Below are positions 1 through 10,662 of a stretch of 64,000 nt of DNA, one piece after another. The stretch is taken from contig CAVUAK010000002.1 in the NCBI GenBank assembly GCA_963739455.1, positions 128,001-192,000 on the forward strand, read 5' to 3'. A program made the translations under genes and the position numbers. This DNA comes from an uncultured Gemmatimonadales bacterium (GTDB lineage Bacteria; Gemmatimonadota; Gemmatimonadetes; Gemmatimonadales; GWC2-71-9). Each line of letters begins with the position of its first letter. Positions within the stretch are counted from its first letter, which is position 1. The notes beneath the pieces are model-generated. The model worked only from the letters and a program-made list of their open reading frames with translations. It had not been told where the DNA came from and ran no database searches.

Positions 1-1743
1 AAAGCTCTGGATCCTGAGCTCGATCAGCGTTTCCAGGTACATCTGCGATGGTAATGCCAACAGGGATTCGTCCGGCCGAAGCCCAAGTACCCCGGCACTC
101 CACCGCTCGAATCCGAGCGACGCCTTCAGGTCGAAAGCTCCGCTCGGGAACTTGCGGAGGAATCGCGAACGCACCGTCGCCAGCACCCGCGAATGCTCGG
201 GTGGCTGGCCGAGCGGAGCGTTCTTGATCGCACTCGAGTACCACGCATCTACCGAAAGCCAGTTTGTGGGGCTGATCCGTCCCCGCGCCTGGAACCAGTT
301 GGTCGTCAATGACGGGGCAATGGTGGCCACGACGAGCTGGGTCTGCTGGTACGCCATCGGGTCGAAGCCAGCGGTGCGAATGATTCCCACCTCAACTCCG
401 AGCAGGCGGCTGTCCCAGCCGACACTCGCCGATCCCTCGAGAATGGACTGCGCGGTATCGAGTTCGATACTCGGTATCTGCACCACCGAGCCGACACGCG
501 CGCTGCCACGAAGCATCAGGTGGCTGAACGGCGAGATCGAGGCTTGCGCGCCCACCCAGGCATTCGAGCGACTCGCCGACAGCACCTGATACCCGGCGTT
601 CGCATTGATCCCGATGCGCGCTGATGGCGTCCAGCCGGCCGTGGCACCGAAATCCAGCATCGTCCACCGAGTGCGGTAGGCCGCCGATGCCGTCGCACTC
701 ATGGTGGGCGTGCGCCACGTCGCGTTCGCCGTCACCGACCCGATAGTCTGCTTGATCGTGTCGTTGTTGAACGCCGTCCGCGCAAACGTCAGGTCGAGGC
801 CCGGCCCGAGGCCGTCGTCGCGCTTCCGGAGGAAGCCTCGCAGGAACGCGTCGCTGCGGCCGCCGCTCGTGCCGAGTACGATGCCCCCGGTGGACTGAGA
901 AAGATCGTCCTTCCGTTTCGGCGACGACGTGACGTACTGCGCGACCAGCCCGTACCGGGGCGAGGGCACGTAGCTGACCTGGGCCCACGCCTGAGTATTG
1001 AGGTAGAAACTCCCGGTACTGTTGTTGAGTCGGCCGCTGTTGTAGTAGTCGGCCGCGATGCCGAATCCCACCTTGTTGAGCGAGCGTTTCTCCAGCTGCG
1101 CCTGGAACTGGGTGAGGCTGTTGCTGCCTCGTCCCAGCCCGATCAGCGAGCGCGGCGCCACGCGCTCGTGACGGCGCGAATAGAGGAACACCCGCAGCTG
1201 GCCGGGCCACGGCTCGATCTCCACCCGCTCGAGCAGGCTGAGCGCGAAGATTGAGGGATCGACGGCAACACTGTCGGCGCCGACCGCAACATACGGCAGG
1301 CCATCGAGGAAGTACTCGACCGAGGCAGCACCACGACCGTGAAAGTTCGGAAGCGTCGCGCTGCCAAGCCACCCGGTGCGCCACAGGTAGGCGCCGGGCA
1401 CCAGCGCCACCAGGTCGCCCAGCGTGTGGGCCATCGCCCAGTCCATCGAGTCACGGGTGAAGACGATTCGCGCGCCGACCGCGCGCGGCCCTTCGGCGCC
1501 GACGTACGGAATCGGCGGGACCCACGTGTCGTTCTTGGAGGTTGCGGTGAGATAGCGCTCTGTCTGGATCGACTGGCGGCGGGCCACGGAATCAGCCCGG
1601 AGGGAGTCGGCCCGGATCGAGTCCGCGCGCACGCTGTCCGCCAGGAGCTGCACCTGCGCATGCAGCGGTGCGGCGACCAGCAAGAGCAGCGCGGCAATCC
1701 AGTGTCGCGGGCTCAGGAGACGGCAGTGCGGCTCCGCGGCCAC
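1..1743 (-). CDS. TonB-dependent-receptor-like outer membrane protein (plug + beta-barrel), 3' end outside window
   Basis: Hand translation gives an open frame from GTG at 1743 to base 1; it is absent from the ORF track because it runs off the end. Signal peptide (WIAALLLLVAAPLHAQ), plug-like motifs (TLGDLVALVPG, YFLDGLP, LLERVEI), then alternating beta-strand pattern. Confidence 0.7.
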   Translation of the reverse strand, partial: MAAEPHCRLLSPRHWIAALLLLVAAPLHAQVQLLADSVRADSIRADSLRADSVARRQSIQTERYLTATSKNDTWVPPIPYVGAEGPRAVGARIVFTRDSMDWAMAHTLGDLVALVPGAYLWRTGWLGSATLPNFHGRGAASVEYFLDGLPYVAVGADSVAVDPSIFALSLLERVEIEPWPGQLRVFLYSRRHERVAPRSLIGLGRGSNSLTQFQAQLEKRSLNKVGFGIAADYYNSGRLNNSTGSFYLNTQAWAQVSYVPSPRYGLVAQYVTSSPKRKDDLSQSTGGIVLGTSGGRSDAFLRGFLRKRDDGLGPGLDLTFARTAFNNDTIKQTIGSVTANATWRTPTMSATASAAYRTRWTMLDFGATAGWTPSARIGINANAGYQVLSASRSNAWVGAQASISPFSHLMLRGSARVGSVVQIPSIELDTAQSILEGSASVGWDSRLLGVEVGIIRTAGFDPMAYQQTQLVVATIAPSLTTNWFQARGRISPTNWLSVDAWYSSAIKNAPLGQPPEHSRVLATVRSRFLRKFPSGAFDLKASLGFERWSAGVLGLRPDESLLALPSQMYLETLIELRIQSF

Positions 1744-1752
1744 GCTCGGGCG

Positions 1753-3239
<1,487 letters not shown>

Positions 3240-3257
3240 GGTCCTCTCGTACTGCGG

Positions 3258-4358
3258 TCAGAAGGTGCGTTCCTCCGGCCCGGCATACCTGGCGCGGGGC
3301 CGGATCAGTTCCGGGTCGCGTGACTGCTCGAGCGCATGCGCGATCCAGCCGGGGGTGCGGGCCACTGCAAAAAGTGGGGCAAAGGATGCCGGCGGCATGC
3401 CTGCCGCCAGGTAAACCACGGTCAGATAGTAATCGACATTGGCCCGGAGGCCGGTACGACTCCCAACGGCCGCCTCAACCGCCTGCGCCACCTCAAAGAT
3501 GGCCGTGGCACCGGTCGCCCTGCATGCAGCCTCGGCGAGGCGGCGCGCCGTCGGGGTTCGCGGATCTTCTCCCCGGTACACCGGATGCCCGAACCCCGCT
3601 GGCTTTCTTGCTCCCTGCGCCAGCTTCTCGACGACGCCGTGGGCGCGGTCAGGGGTTCCCACCTCTGCGAGAAGTCGCGCAACGGCCGGCGTATGACCGC
3701 TGTGCTTGGGACCGGATAGCGCACCCATTGCCGCCGTGACACAACTCGTCAGGTCGGCCCCGGTCGAGGCAGCCACGCGCGCTGCATACGTGCCGGGGTT
3801 GAGTTCGTTGTCGGCCCGGAGGATCAGCGCCGCGTCGAACGCGCGAACCAGTTCCGCCGCCGGCTCGACTCCGGTCGCGACGCGGAGGAAACCATGCGCC
3901 ACACCCTGTCGCCCCCACACCGGACCCGCATCGCCACTGCGCCGTAACCGCTGTCGCTCCGCGACAAGCGTCGGGACCTTCGCCAGCAAGCGCAGGACGT
4001 CGGGTGATACGCCCTCCGGGACCTCGACCGGCCTGGACGCCGCGAGCGACAAGCCACTCACCACAGTGCGGAGCACCGTGAGCTCATCGGCGTCCGGCGG
4101 CACCGACTTGAGCCAGCGCCGCTCCACGGCCGACAACCGCTGCGCCGCGAACCACGCTCGCTGAAATGCCTTGAGCTCCGCCCGGGACGGAAGCGCGCCC
4201 ATGACGAGAAGAAAGGCTACCTGCTCGAAGGTGGCGCGCTGTGCCAGCTCGTTGACGTCGTAACCACGATAGGTGAGTCGCCCGCGGTCGGCATCGAGAT
4301 GGCACACCCCCGACACGAGCTGCGCGGCGTCGGGGACAATTTCCGCAGGTGACTCCAT
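3258..4358 (-). CDS. Citrate/2-methylcitrate synthase family protein, divergent
   Basis: LTYRGY, GPKHSG, GFGHPVY..EDPR, NVDYY, ARTPGW and IRPRARY motifs. Confidence 0.88.
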   Translation of the reverse strand: MESPAEIVPDAAQLVSGVCHLDADRGRLTYRGYDVNELAQRATFEQVAFLLVMGALPSRAELKAFQRAWFAAQRLSAVERRWLKSVPPDADELTVLRTVVSGLSLAASRPVEVPEGVSPDVLRLLAKVPTLVAERQRLRRSGDAGPVWGRQGVAHGFLRVATGVEPAAELVRAFDAALILRADNELNPGTYAARVAASTGADLTSCVTAAMGALSGPKHSGHTPAVARLLAEVGTPDRAHGVVEKLAQGARKPAGFGHPVYRGEDPRTPTARRLAEAACRATGATAIFEVAQAVEAAVGSRTGLRANVDYYLTVVYLAAGMPPASFAPLFAVARTPGWIAHALEQSRDPELIRPRARYAGPEERTF

Positions 4359-4362
4359 CCTA

Positions 4363-6276
4363 TCAAGCTAAATGATCGCCGGGCCAACCTTCAATACGCG
4401 CGAGCAGCCGCCGGCGCATGCCGGGCGTGAGAAGGTCTTCCGACAGCACCTGGCGAACGAGCCGGGCGACAAAGCTATAGCCCCGACCCTCCGCCACGAG
4501 CCAGCGGTGCCACTCCAGCTCGTCGAGTGCCTCCTCGACCGCGCGCCGCCCGAGCTCGGTCACGTGCGCGAGCAGTCCGGCCGTGACGCGATCCGGCGCC
4601 AGCGACGCGGCCCCGAGCACCTTCAGCGCCGTCGGGCCCAGGCGCCGGGAGTTGATGCGCAACGCCGCCACCACCGCGTCGGGCAGGTCCCCCGGCAGCG
4701 TCTGGTCGAGCGTCTGCGCGGTGGCCGGCCACGCCTTGCCTCCACCGTCCAGCTCCAGTCCACGACTCACGGCGCGCAGCAACTCCACTGCAAGCAGCGC
4801 AAGACCGGCGGAGTCGGTCGACACCCGGCGCAGCAGCCGGTCCAGCTCCACCTCCTGGTACTGCGGCAGCATCAGGGCGGCGAGTTCGCGAAGGGCATGG
4901 GACGACAACGCACCAATCCTGACCGCGACCCCCGGCACCTCATGCCCTACGAGGCGCCGGAGTTCGTCGAGTTCACTGCTGACCATGTCGCCGGTGCACC
5001 CGACGAGCAGGAGCACCGGCAAGTCGGCGACGGCGCGAAGCAGCCGGGGCAGCATGCGGAGGCTCCCGGGGTCTAGCCGCTGCGCATCATCGATGAGCAG
5101 CAGCAGCGGCCGCTCCTCGGCGGTGGCGCGGAGCACTTCTCCCAGGGCGAGCTCGAGCTCCATTGCCTCCGACTCCCGGCCCGCTCCGGCATAGCGCTCC
5201 GCCCATCCGGGGAAGCGTCGCGCGAAGGCGGCGAGGGCGCCCGGCGCGGCGGTGGCGACTCCCGGCAGGCCATGCAGTCCACCCGTTGCCAGCCCGGGAA
5301 CGAGGCTTTCGGCGATGTCACCATCGGCATCAACGGCACGCAGGCCCGCGACCGAACCACCGTCCAGCGACACGCGCGTCGCCAGTTCCTCGAGGAGCCG
5401 GGTAACCCCGGCGCCGGCGTCACCGCTGACCAGTCCAATCGAGGCGCGACGCGTGGTGCGGCACGCCCCCCAGGCGCGCAGGAGTTGCGACAACTCCCCT
5501 TCCCGGCCAATGAACGGCGTTCGTTCCGCATTGGACGCAATCCGTCCTGGCCGTGATTCAGGTGGTGGTGGCGTATCTGCGACATCGAGGAGGTGCCGAA
5601 GTTGCGCCGAGATTGTGAGGCCCAGTTCTGCCTCGAGCCGCTCGGCGAACCGGTGACCACTCTCGAGCGCTCCCCGCCGGTCACCCGAGAGCAGGCGGCT
5701 TCGCATCACCGCCTGCGCGGCGCGCTCCGACAGCGGATCGAGGGTGAATGCCTGCTCCGCCAGCGCGATCGCCTGCACCGACTTTCCCTGCGCCATCAAC
5801 TCGTCGGCGCGATTCGTCAGCGCATCCACGCCTTCCTTCCGCCAATGACGTCGCTCCGCATCCAGCCAGTCCTCGAATGCCGGCGCACCAGGCACGGCGA
5901 AGCCCTCTGCGAACTCACCCACGGCCAGGATCGCGGCGCGGGCCCAGTCACTGGCGGTGACCGCCTCCACGAACTCGTCCACATCAAGCGTGAACGCGTC
6001 GCCCAGGCGCACCTGATCAGCCGGCGTTTCCACGGCGGTCTCCCCGGCCGCGCGTCGCAGCTGGCTCAGGGCCTCATTGAGCGAGTGCCTCGCCTTGTCC
6101 GCCACCTTGTCGGCCCAGAGCAACCCGATGAGGTGCTCGCGTCCACGCGTGCGCCGCGGCGAGCGAAGCAGGTACAGCAGCAGGGCGAGGTGCTTCTTCC
6201 AGAGGAGTCCGGGCGGCGGTGGCACGCCATCCACCGCCACCTCGATCGGTCCGAGGGCGCGGCAGGAGATCAGTGG
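4363..6276 (-). CDS. SARP/BTAD-domain transcriptional regulator with STAND-like AAA domain
   Basis: LALLLYL..REHLIGLLW..ARHSLNEALSQLRR (winged helix), FEDWLDAER and LDPLSERA (BTAD), FIGREGEL, P-loop-like GDAGAGVT, LLIDDAQRLD. Probable GTG start at 6276 (ORF track start 6294). Confidence 0.85.
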   Translation of the reverse strand, partial: PLISCRALGPIEVAVDGVPPPPGLLWKKHLALLLYLLRSPRRTRGREHLIGLLWADKVADKARHSLNEALSQLRRAAGETAVETPADQVRLGDAFTLDVDEFVEAVTASDWARAAILAVGEFAEGFAVPGAPAFEDWLDAERRHWRKEGVDALTNRADELMAQGKSVQAIALAEQAFTLDPLSERAAQAVMRSRLLSGDRRGALESGHRFAERLEAELGLTISAQLRHLLDVADTPPPPESRPGRIASNAERTPFIGREGELSQLLRAWGACRTTRRASIGLVSGDAGAGVTRLLEELATRVSLDGGSVAGLRAVDADGDIAESLVPGLATGGLHGLPGVATAAPGALAAFARRFPGWAERYAGAGRESEAMELELALGEVLRATAEERPLLLLIDDAQRLDPGSLRMLPRLLRAVADLPVLLLVGCTGDMVSSELDELRRLVGHEVPGVAVRIGALSSHALRELAALMLPQYQEVELDRLLRRVSTDSAGLALLAVELLRAVSRGLELDGGGKAWPATAQTLDQTLPGDLPDAVVAALRINSRRLGPTALKVLGAASLAPDRVTAGLLAHVTELGRRAVEEALDELEWHRWLVAEGRGYSFVARLVRQVLSEDLLTPGMRRRLLARIEGWPGDHLA

Positions 6277-9077
6277 CACTCGGCAACCTTCCACGCGCTG
6301 TCAGCCCGGGCTACATAGCCCTGCATGACCGGCTCCGTCCGATTCCAAAGTTCCCGCACCCGCCCGAGATGACCGCATGCCAGGGTGATGTTCCCCCGTC
6401 CTGCAGCCAGTTCACCACGGAGAAGGCGCGCATAGACACTGACGATGGCATCGACCTCGCCCTCCTGGGGTGCACCTGTGGGCCATCCGTCGAAGTCTGC
6501 GCTCTCGTACCAGAACCATTCGCGATCCGCGTCGTCGGGCAATCCGAGTTCTTCCTGCCAGCGCCCCCTGGCCAGGTATGTCGCGGCCCGCGCGAACGGG
6601 CTCAGCTTCACGACGGTGGTATCACGAACGAAGATGACGGAGCTCATCTCGAGAGCCGAACCCGGGTGGCCTCGCGCCGCTGCCAACTCAGCACCGAGGA
6701 GGGCAGCATGTCGTGCTGCCGATGGGGAGCCAGCGATCGCGAGCAGCTGGTCTGTGACCTTCGCGGCGCGCGCGGTGTCGCCCCGCGCCATCGCGTCACG
6801 CCCGAGTGCGTACAGGGCCCGTACGCGCTCAGTTCCTGCCAGCGGTGCGGTCTCCAGCCAGCTGCGCGCACGCTCCACCATGGCGCTGTCGTGCAGCAGT
6901 CCCAGCGCCGAGAGTTGCACGGGCCACTCCCGCTGCTGCAGTTGCATCTCCGGAGTGCCTAGCAAGGTTGCTCCTGAGTCGAACTGCACCATCGCCTCGC
7001 CTGGGCGGCCGAGCATCAGGTGTGCGGCGGCAAGGCCGAGCCTTCCGGCCGCACGCTGGTCCACTGACAGGCCTTTCGTCGAGAGAATGTTCCCCAGGGC
7101 CAGCTGCTCGCTGGGGATGTCCATCAACGTGCCAAGACGTGCGAAGCGGGTGAGGCTCTCCAGTTCCTTCTTGCTGGGCGAGCGCAGCAACAGCCAGCGC
7201 GCCAGGTCAGCCCGCCACGGCGAGAAGCGGGCAAAGGTGCCGAGATGCTGGAACGGCTTGTACGTATCTCCGGGCGGCAGTCCCAGCGCCTCCCGGCGCC
7301 TGAGGTCCAGCTTGGCCTCACGCTCTCGGCCCAGCCGCAGGTTGCCCCACCACGCGATGTCGTACGTCGATGCGTGCTTCATCTCGGGTTCGGTCTGGGC
7401 CAGCAGCTCGAGTGTATCGACCGTCACGTCAAGTGGTCGCCCGACCAGCGCCCCTCGATGGAACAGTTCATTGCTGTACATCAGGAGTGCCGTCCCATTC
7501 TGCCGCGAATCCCGAACCTCCGCCTCGAACAGGCGCATCCGCTCTCGCAGGTCGGGCGTGAGTGATGCGATGGCGAGGTGCCGGTAGAAATCGGGCAACG
7601 AGTCGAGGTTCCTGGCGATGAGCTTGAGGTCGGCGCTGTAGTCCTTGCGCTGGAAGCGCCGCGCGATCATCAGCTCCCATGCGGCGGGCATGAAGCTCGG
7701 ATCCCGCGCCAGGGCCGCGGTGAAATGGCGCTCCCCGGCCGCCCAGTTGCCCTTGGCGACGGAATCCTTGCCATTGAAGAAGTCGGTAATGGCCTGCACC
7801 GGAACCGGGCGGAACGCGATGCTGCGAAACGTGGCGCAATCGCGGGTGAATACCTTGCAGATGATGGAGTCCGCCAGGGCCCGGGCAAGCAGCTGCACCT
7901 GACCCGTGTCGCCCGTCGCGCGAATGCTCTCATAGAGCCGACCTGTCGAGTCCCGCACCTTCACGTCCACATCGAGCAATCCTGCCGACCGAGAGATGCT
8001 TCCCTCCAGGTAGTACTGCGCCCCGGGCACGGTCTTCCCTCGGCTCGTGGGCGGCGCGTCCCACCATATCAGGTTGATTACCGAGAACCACTCCAGGTCC
8101 TGGCGTACCAAGCGGGAAAATTGTGGGCCGTCCACATCGGACTTGGCTTCAAAGGGAAGGATCGCGAGATCGGCAACCCGCGGTGGCAGGGCGCGCGGCA
8201 GTGCTGGCCGGAATGCAAGTAGCGCCAGGGCCACCAGTGCGGCCGTCACCAGCGCAGGCCGCAGTCGCGCCGCCAGCGATCGCGCCGTCGCCTTCAGTAC
8301 CGCCTGGAACCTGGCTGCGCTCTGCCATCGCCTCTTCGGGTCCTCGGAAACGGCGCGCTCGACGACCTGCTTCACGTCGCGTCGCACGCCCCGCCAGGCG
8401 TCCTTCGCGGGGTCGCGCACAAGCTTCTCGTCTGTCCCGGTAAAGCATTGCCGAAGTACCAGGCCCAGCGAGAAGATGTCGGTGCGTGGGTTGGTAACTC
8501 CATGGAACTGCTCTGGGGCCATGTACAGCAGCGTGCCCGGATTCGTTCCTTCCGCCGTGAGGGTCGTTGTCTCCGGGCCGTCCGAATAGGCGATCCCGAA
8601 GTCTCCCAGCAAGGCTTCACTGCCCCGGATAAAGATGTTGCCCGGCTTGATGTCGCGATGGATGACGCCCTGGTCGTGCGCGTGCTCAAGCGCACGCAGG
8701 AGCTGCACGCCAAATCCGCGCGCCTCGTCTACCGACAGCCGACGAGTCTTCAGCACCTCCTGCAGCGTCTTGCCATCGACGTATTCCATGACCAGCACCA
8801 GGAGCCGGTTCGATGTCTCCAGCGAGTCGAAGACACTGACGATATTGGGGTGCTTGAGCCGGGCGAGAATACGACCCTCGCGCTTGAAGCGCTCCGCCGT
8901 GACGATCGACGCGAGATCGCGCCGAAGCACCTTGAGCGCCACGCGCTGGTCGAGGTTCCTGTCGAAGCCCTCGAACACGCATCCCATCCCGCCCTCCGCG
9001 ATGAACCGGTCAACGCGGTATCGCGACGGGAGGCCCTCCACCAGGAGGGGCATGATGTTCGTGCAAGGGATGTTCAC
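6270..9077 (-). CDS. Hanks-type Ser/Thr protein kinase with TM segment and C-terminal TolB-N/TPR-like region
   Basis: EGGMGCVF, VALKVL, HRDIKPGN, DFGIA, YMAPEQ; hydrophobic LVTAALVALALLAF; LAILPFE followed by helical repeats. Confidence 0.92.
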   Translation of the reverse strand: MNIPCTNIMPLLVEGLPSRYRVDRFIAEGGMGCVFEGFDRNLDQRVALKVLRRDLASIVTAERFKREGRILARLKHPNIVSVFDSLETSNRLLVLVMEYVDGKTLQEVLKTRRLSVDEARGFGVQLLRALEHAHDQGVIHRDIKPGNIFIRGSEALLGDFGIAYSDGPETTTLTAEGTNPGTLLYMAPEQFHGVTNPRTDIFSLGLVLRQCFTGTDEKLVRDPAKDAWRGVRRDVKQVVERAVSEDPKRRWQSAARFQAVLKATARSLAARLRPALVTAALVALALLAFRPALPRALPPRVADLAILPFEAKSDVDGPQFSRLVRQDLEWFSVINLIWWDAPPTSRGKTVPGAQYYLEGSISRSAGLLDVDVKVRDSTGRLYESIRATGDTGQVQLLARALADSIICKVFTRDCATFRSIAFRPVPVQAITDFFNGKDSVAKGNWAAGERHFTAALARDPSFMPAAWELMIARRFQRKDYSADLKLIARNLDSLPDFYRHLAIASLTPDLRERMRLFEAEVRDSRQNGTALLMYSNELFHRGALVGRPLDVTVDTLELLAQTEPEMKHASTYDIAWWGNLRLGREREAKLDLRRREALGLPPGDTYKPFQHLGTFARFSPWRADLARWLLLRSPSKKELESLTRFARLGTLMDIPSEQLALGNILSTKGLSVDQRAAGRLGLAAAHLMLGRPGEAMVQFDSGATLLGTPEMQLQQREWPVQLSALGLLHDSAMVERARSWLETAPLAGTERVRALYALGRDAMARGDTARAAKVTDQLLAIAGSPSAARHAALLGAELAAARGHPGSALEMSSVIFVRDTTVVKLSPFARAATYLARGRWQEELGLPDDADREWFWYESADFDGWPTGAPQEGEVDAIVSVYARLLRGELAAGRGNITLACGHLGRVRELWNRTEPVMQGYVARADSAWKVAECH

Positions 9078-9089
9078 GTGGGCGCGTTG

Positions 9090-9118
9090 AGTATGCGAAA
9101 GGGGACATGACCCCGCAA
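9090..9118 (-). promoter_or_regulatory. Putative sigma70 promoter of the kinase gene
   Basis: Minus strand TTGCGG-17 nt-CATACT just upstream of the start. Confidence 0.5.
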
Positions 9119-9230
9119 GCGCATAGAAACCCTATGGGCTCATCGTCCCATAGTGACCTGTTTCCCCTCTCGCAGGCGGGGACACGCGCCGTGACGGATG
9201 CATCACTCCCCGACCTACCTTGGTGACAGC

Positions 9231-9258
9231 AAAACGGGCACCCGCAGGTGCCCGTTTT
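9231..9258. terminator. Rho-independent terminator (symmetric)
   Basis: AAAACGGGCACC-CGCA-GGTGCCCGTTTT perfect hairpin downstream of the barrel gene. Confidence 0.85.
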
Positions 9259-9282
9259 CCAAGGCCGTCGACTGCCTGGCGA

Positions 9283-9864
9283 CTAGAAGCCGATACCGAG
9301 CCCAAGCCGGAACTGGCTCAGCTTCGCGCCGGTCGGGTCGTTCTTGAAGGTATCGGTGAAGTCCGCCTGATACTGGAGGTTCAGCTGGAGCATCAGGATG
9401 CGGGCGCCGGCATTCAGCATCCAGCCCCACCGCGTGTTGTTCGTGTCGTCCTTCGTGGCGCCAAACGCGTTGTCGCCAACCGAGCTGTTCAACGAAAGCG
9501 TGCCGGCCACCCCCAGCTGCACTGCGACGATCTTCGCGTTCAGGTTGACCCCCACCTCGAGCGGGATCATGAACGAGCTGATGCCGATGTTGTCGTTGAT
9601 GGATGGCGTGGTGGACGCCAGCTTGAAGCTCTGATACTGGTAGTCCAGGCCCGGAGCGATGTACAACATGTGGCCGAACCGGATCCGCCCGCCCAGGAAG
9701 TAACCGACATCACTCTCCTTGGTGCTGCCGGCCGGCGCACCAGCCGGCACTTCGCTGATGGAAGACCAGTTCGGGCCGACCGTGATGTCGATGGCGAACT
9801 GGGCCTGCGCCGGGACGGTCACGGTCGCGAGCAGGATGGCGGGAGCGAACCAGCGAGCCTTCAT
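9283..9864 (-). CDS. Small outer-membrane beta-barrel protein (PorT/OmpA-membrane-like)
   Basis: Signal peptide MKARWFAPAILLATVTVPAQAQ, SD GGAGG, amphipathic strands, C-terminal GLGIGF. Confidence 0.8.
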   Translation of the reverse strand: MKARWFAPAILLATVTVPAQAQFAIDITVGPNWSSISEVPAGAPAGSTKESDVGYFLGGRIRFGHMLYIAPGLDYQYQSFKLASTTPSINDNIGISSFMIPLEVGVNLNAKIVAVQLGVAGTLSLNSSVGDNAFGATKDDTNNTRWGWMLNAGARILMLQLNLQYQADFTDTFKNDPTGAKLSQFRLGLGIGF

Positions 9865-9937
9865 GAATCCTCCATGGAATTGAGCGAGTGCCAGCCGAAA
9901 GAATACACGGCACTCCCAGCTTCGATCCAGTGCAAAG

Positions 9938-10022
9938 TGCCCGGGGCGAGAGTCGAACTCGCACGGGGGTTGCCCCCCGGTGGATTTTGAGTCCACTGCG
10001 TCTGCCATTCCGCCACCCGGGC
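9938..10022 (-). tRNA. tRNA-Leu(CAA)
   Basis: GCCCGGG acceptor stem, TGGCGGAATGGCAGACGC D arm, GTGGA-CTCAAAA-TCCAC anticodon arm, long variable arm, GTTCGACTC T loop; CCA not encoded. Confidence 0.96.
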
Positions 10023-10107
10023 GTGGCACAAAGGTCAAAGGCAGGGCCTCCGTACGCAAGGCATGCCGGCCCCACCTATTCTTACGCATCCCAGTCACGG
10101 AGCATCG

Positions 10108-10662
10108 ATGTCGCGCGCGACCCACCGTCACTTTCACCCCTGGCACGATATCCCGGCCGGCACGTCGCCCCCCGACCAGGTCACGGCCGTCATCGAGATC
10201 CCGACGAACGAGCGGAACAAGTACGAGCTCGACAAGGAAATCGGCATGTTCCGGCTCGACCGCGTGCTGTACAGCGCCGTCCACTACCCGGGGGACTATG
10301 GGTTCATTCCCCGTACCCTGGGCGACGATGGTGACCCGCTCGACATCCTGGTGCTCAGCACCATCCCGACCTTTACCGGATGCCTGGTCGAGGCCCGGCC
10401 CGTCGGGCTCTTCCACCTCATCGATCGCGGCAAGGCCGACGAGAAGGTGCTCGCCGTTCCCCTGGGCGACCCCTACGCCAACGAGATGCACGACCTGAGC
10501 GACGTGCCGCCGCACTACCTCAAGGAGATCGAGCATTTCTTCCGGGTATACAAGGACCTGGAGGGCACGACGACGGAGACGCGCGGATTCGAGGGTGCTG
10601 CCGCCGCCCGCGGGGCAATCGTGCGGGCGCAGCGGCTCTACGAGGAAAAGTTCCCCGGCTGA
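10108..10662 (+). CDS. ppa: Inorganic pyrophosphatase (family I)
   Basis: NKYELDK, YPGDYGFIPRTL, DGDPLD, DEKVLAV, IEHFFRVYKDLE. Confidence 0.95.
   Translation: MSRATHRHFHPWHDIPAGTSPPDQVTAVIEIPTNERNKYELDKEIGMFRLDRVLYSAVHYPGDYGFIPRTLGDDGDPLDILVLSTIPTFTGCLVEARPVGLFHLIDRGKADEKVLAVPLGDPYANEMHDLSDVPPHYLKEIEHFFRVYKDLEGTTTETRGFEGAAAARGAIVRAQRLYEEKFPG

Noticed and set aside
9938..10022. tRNA-Leu as an integration site for a genomic island
   Set aside because: No integrase and no duplicated tRNA 3' end were seen in the window.
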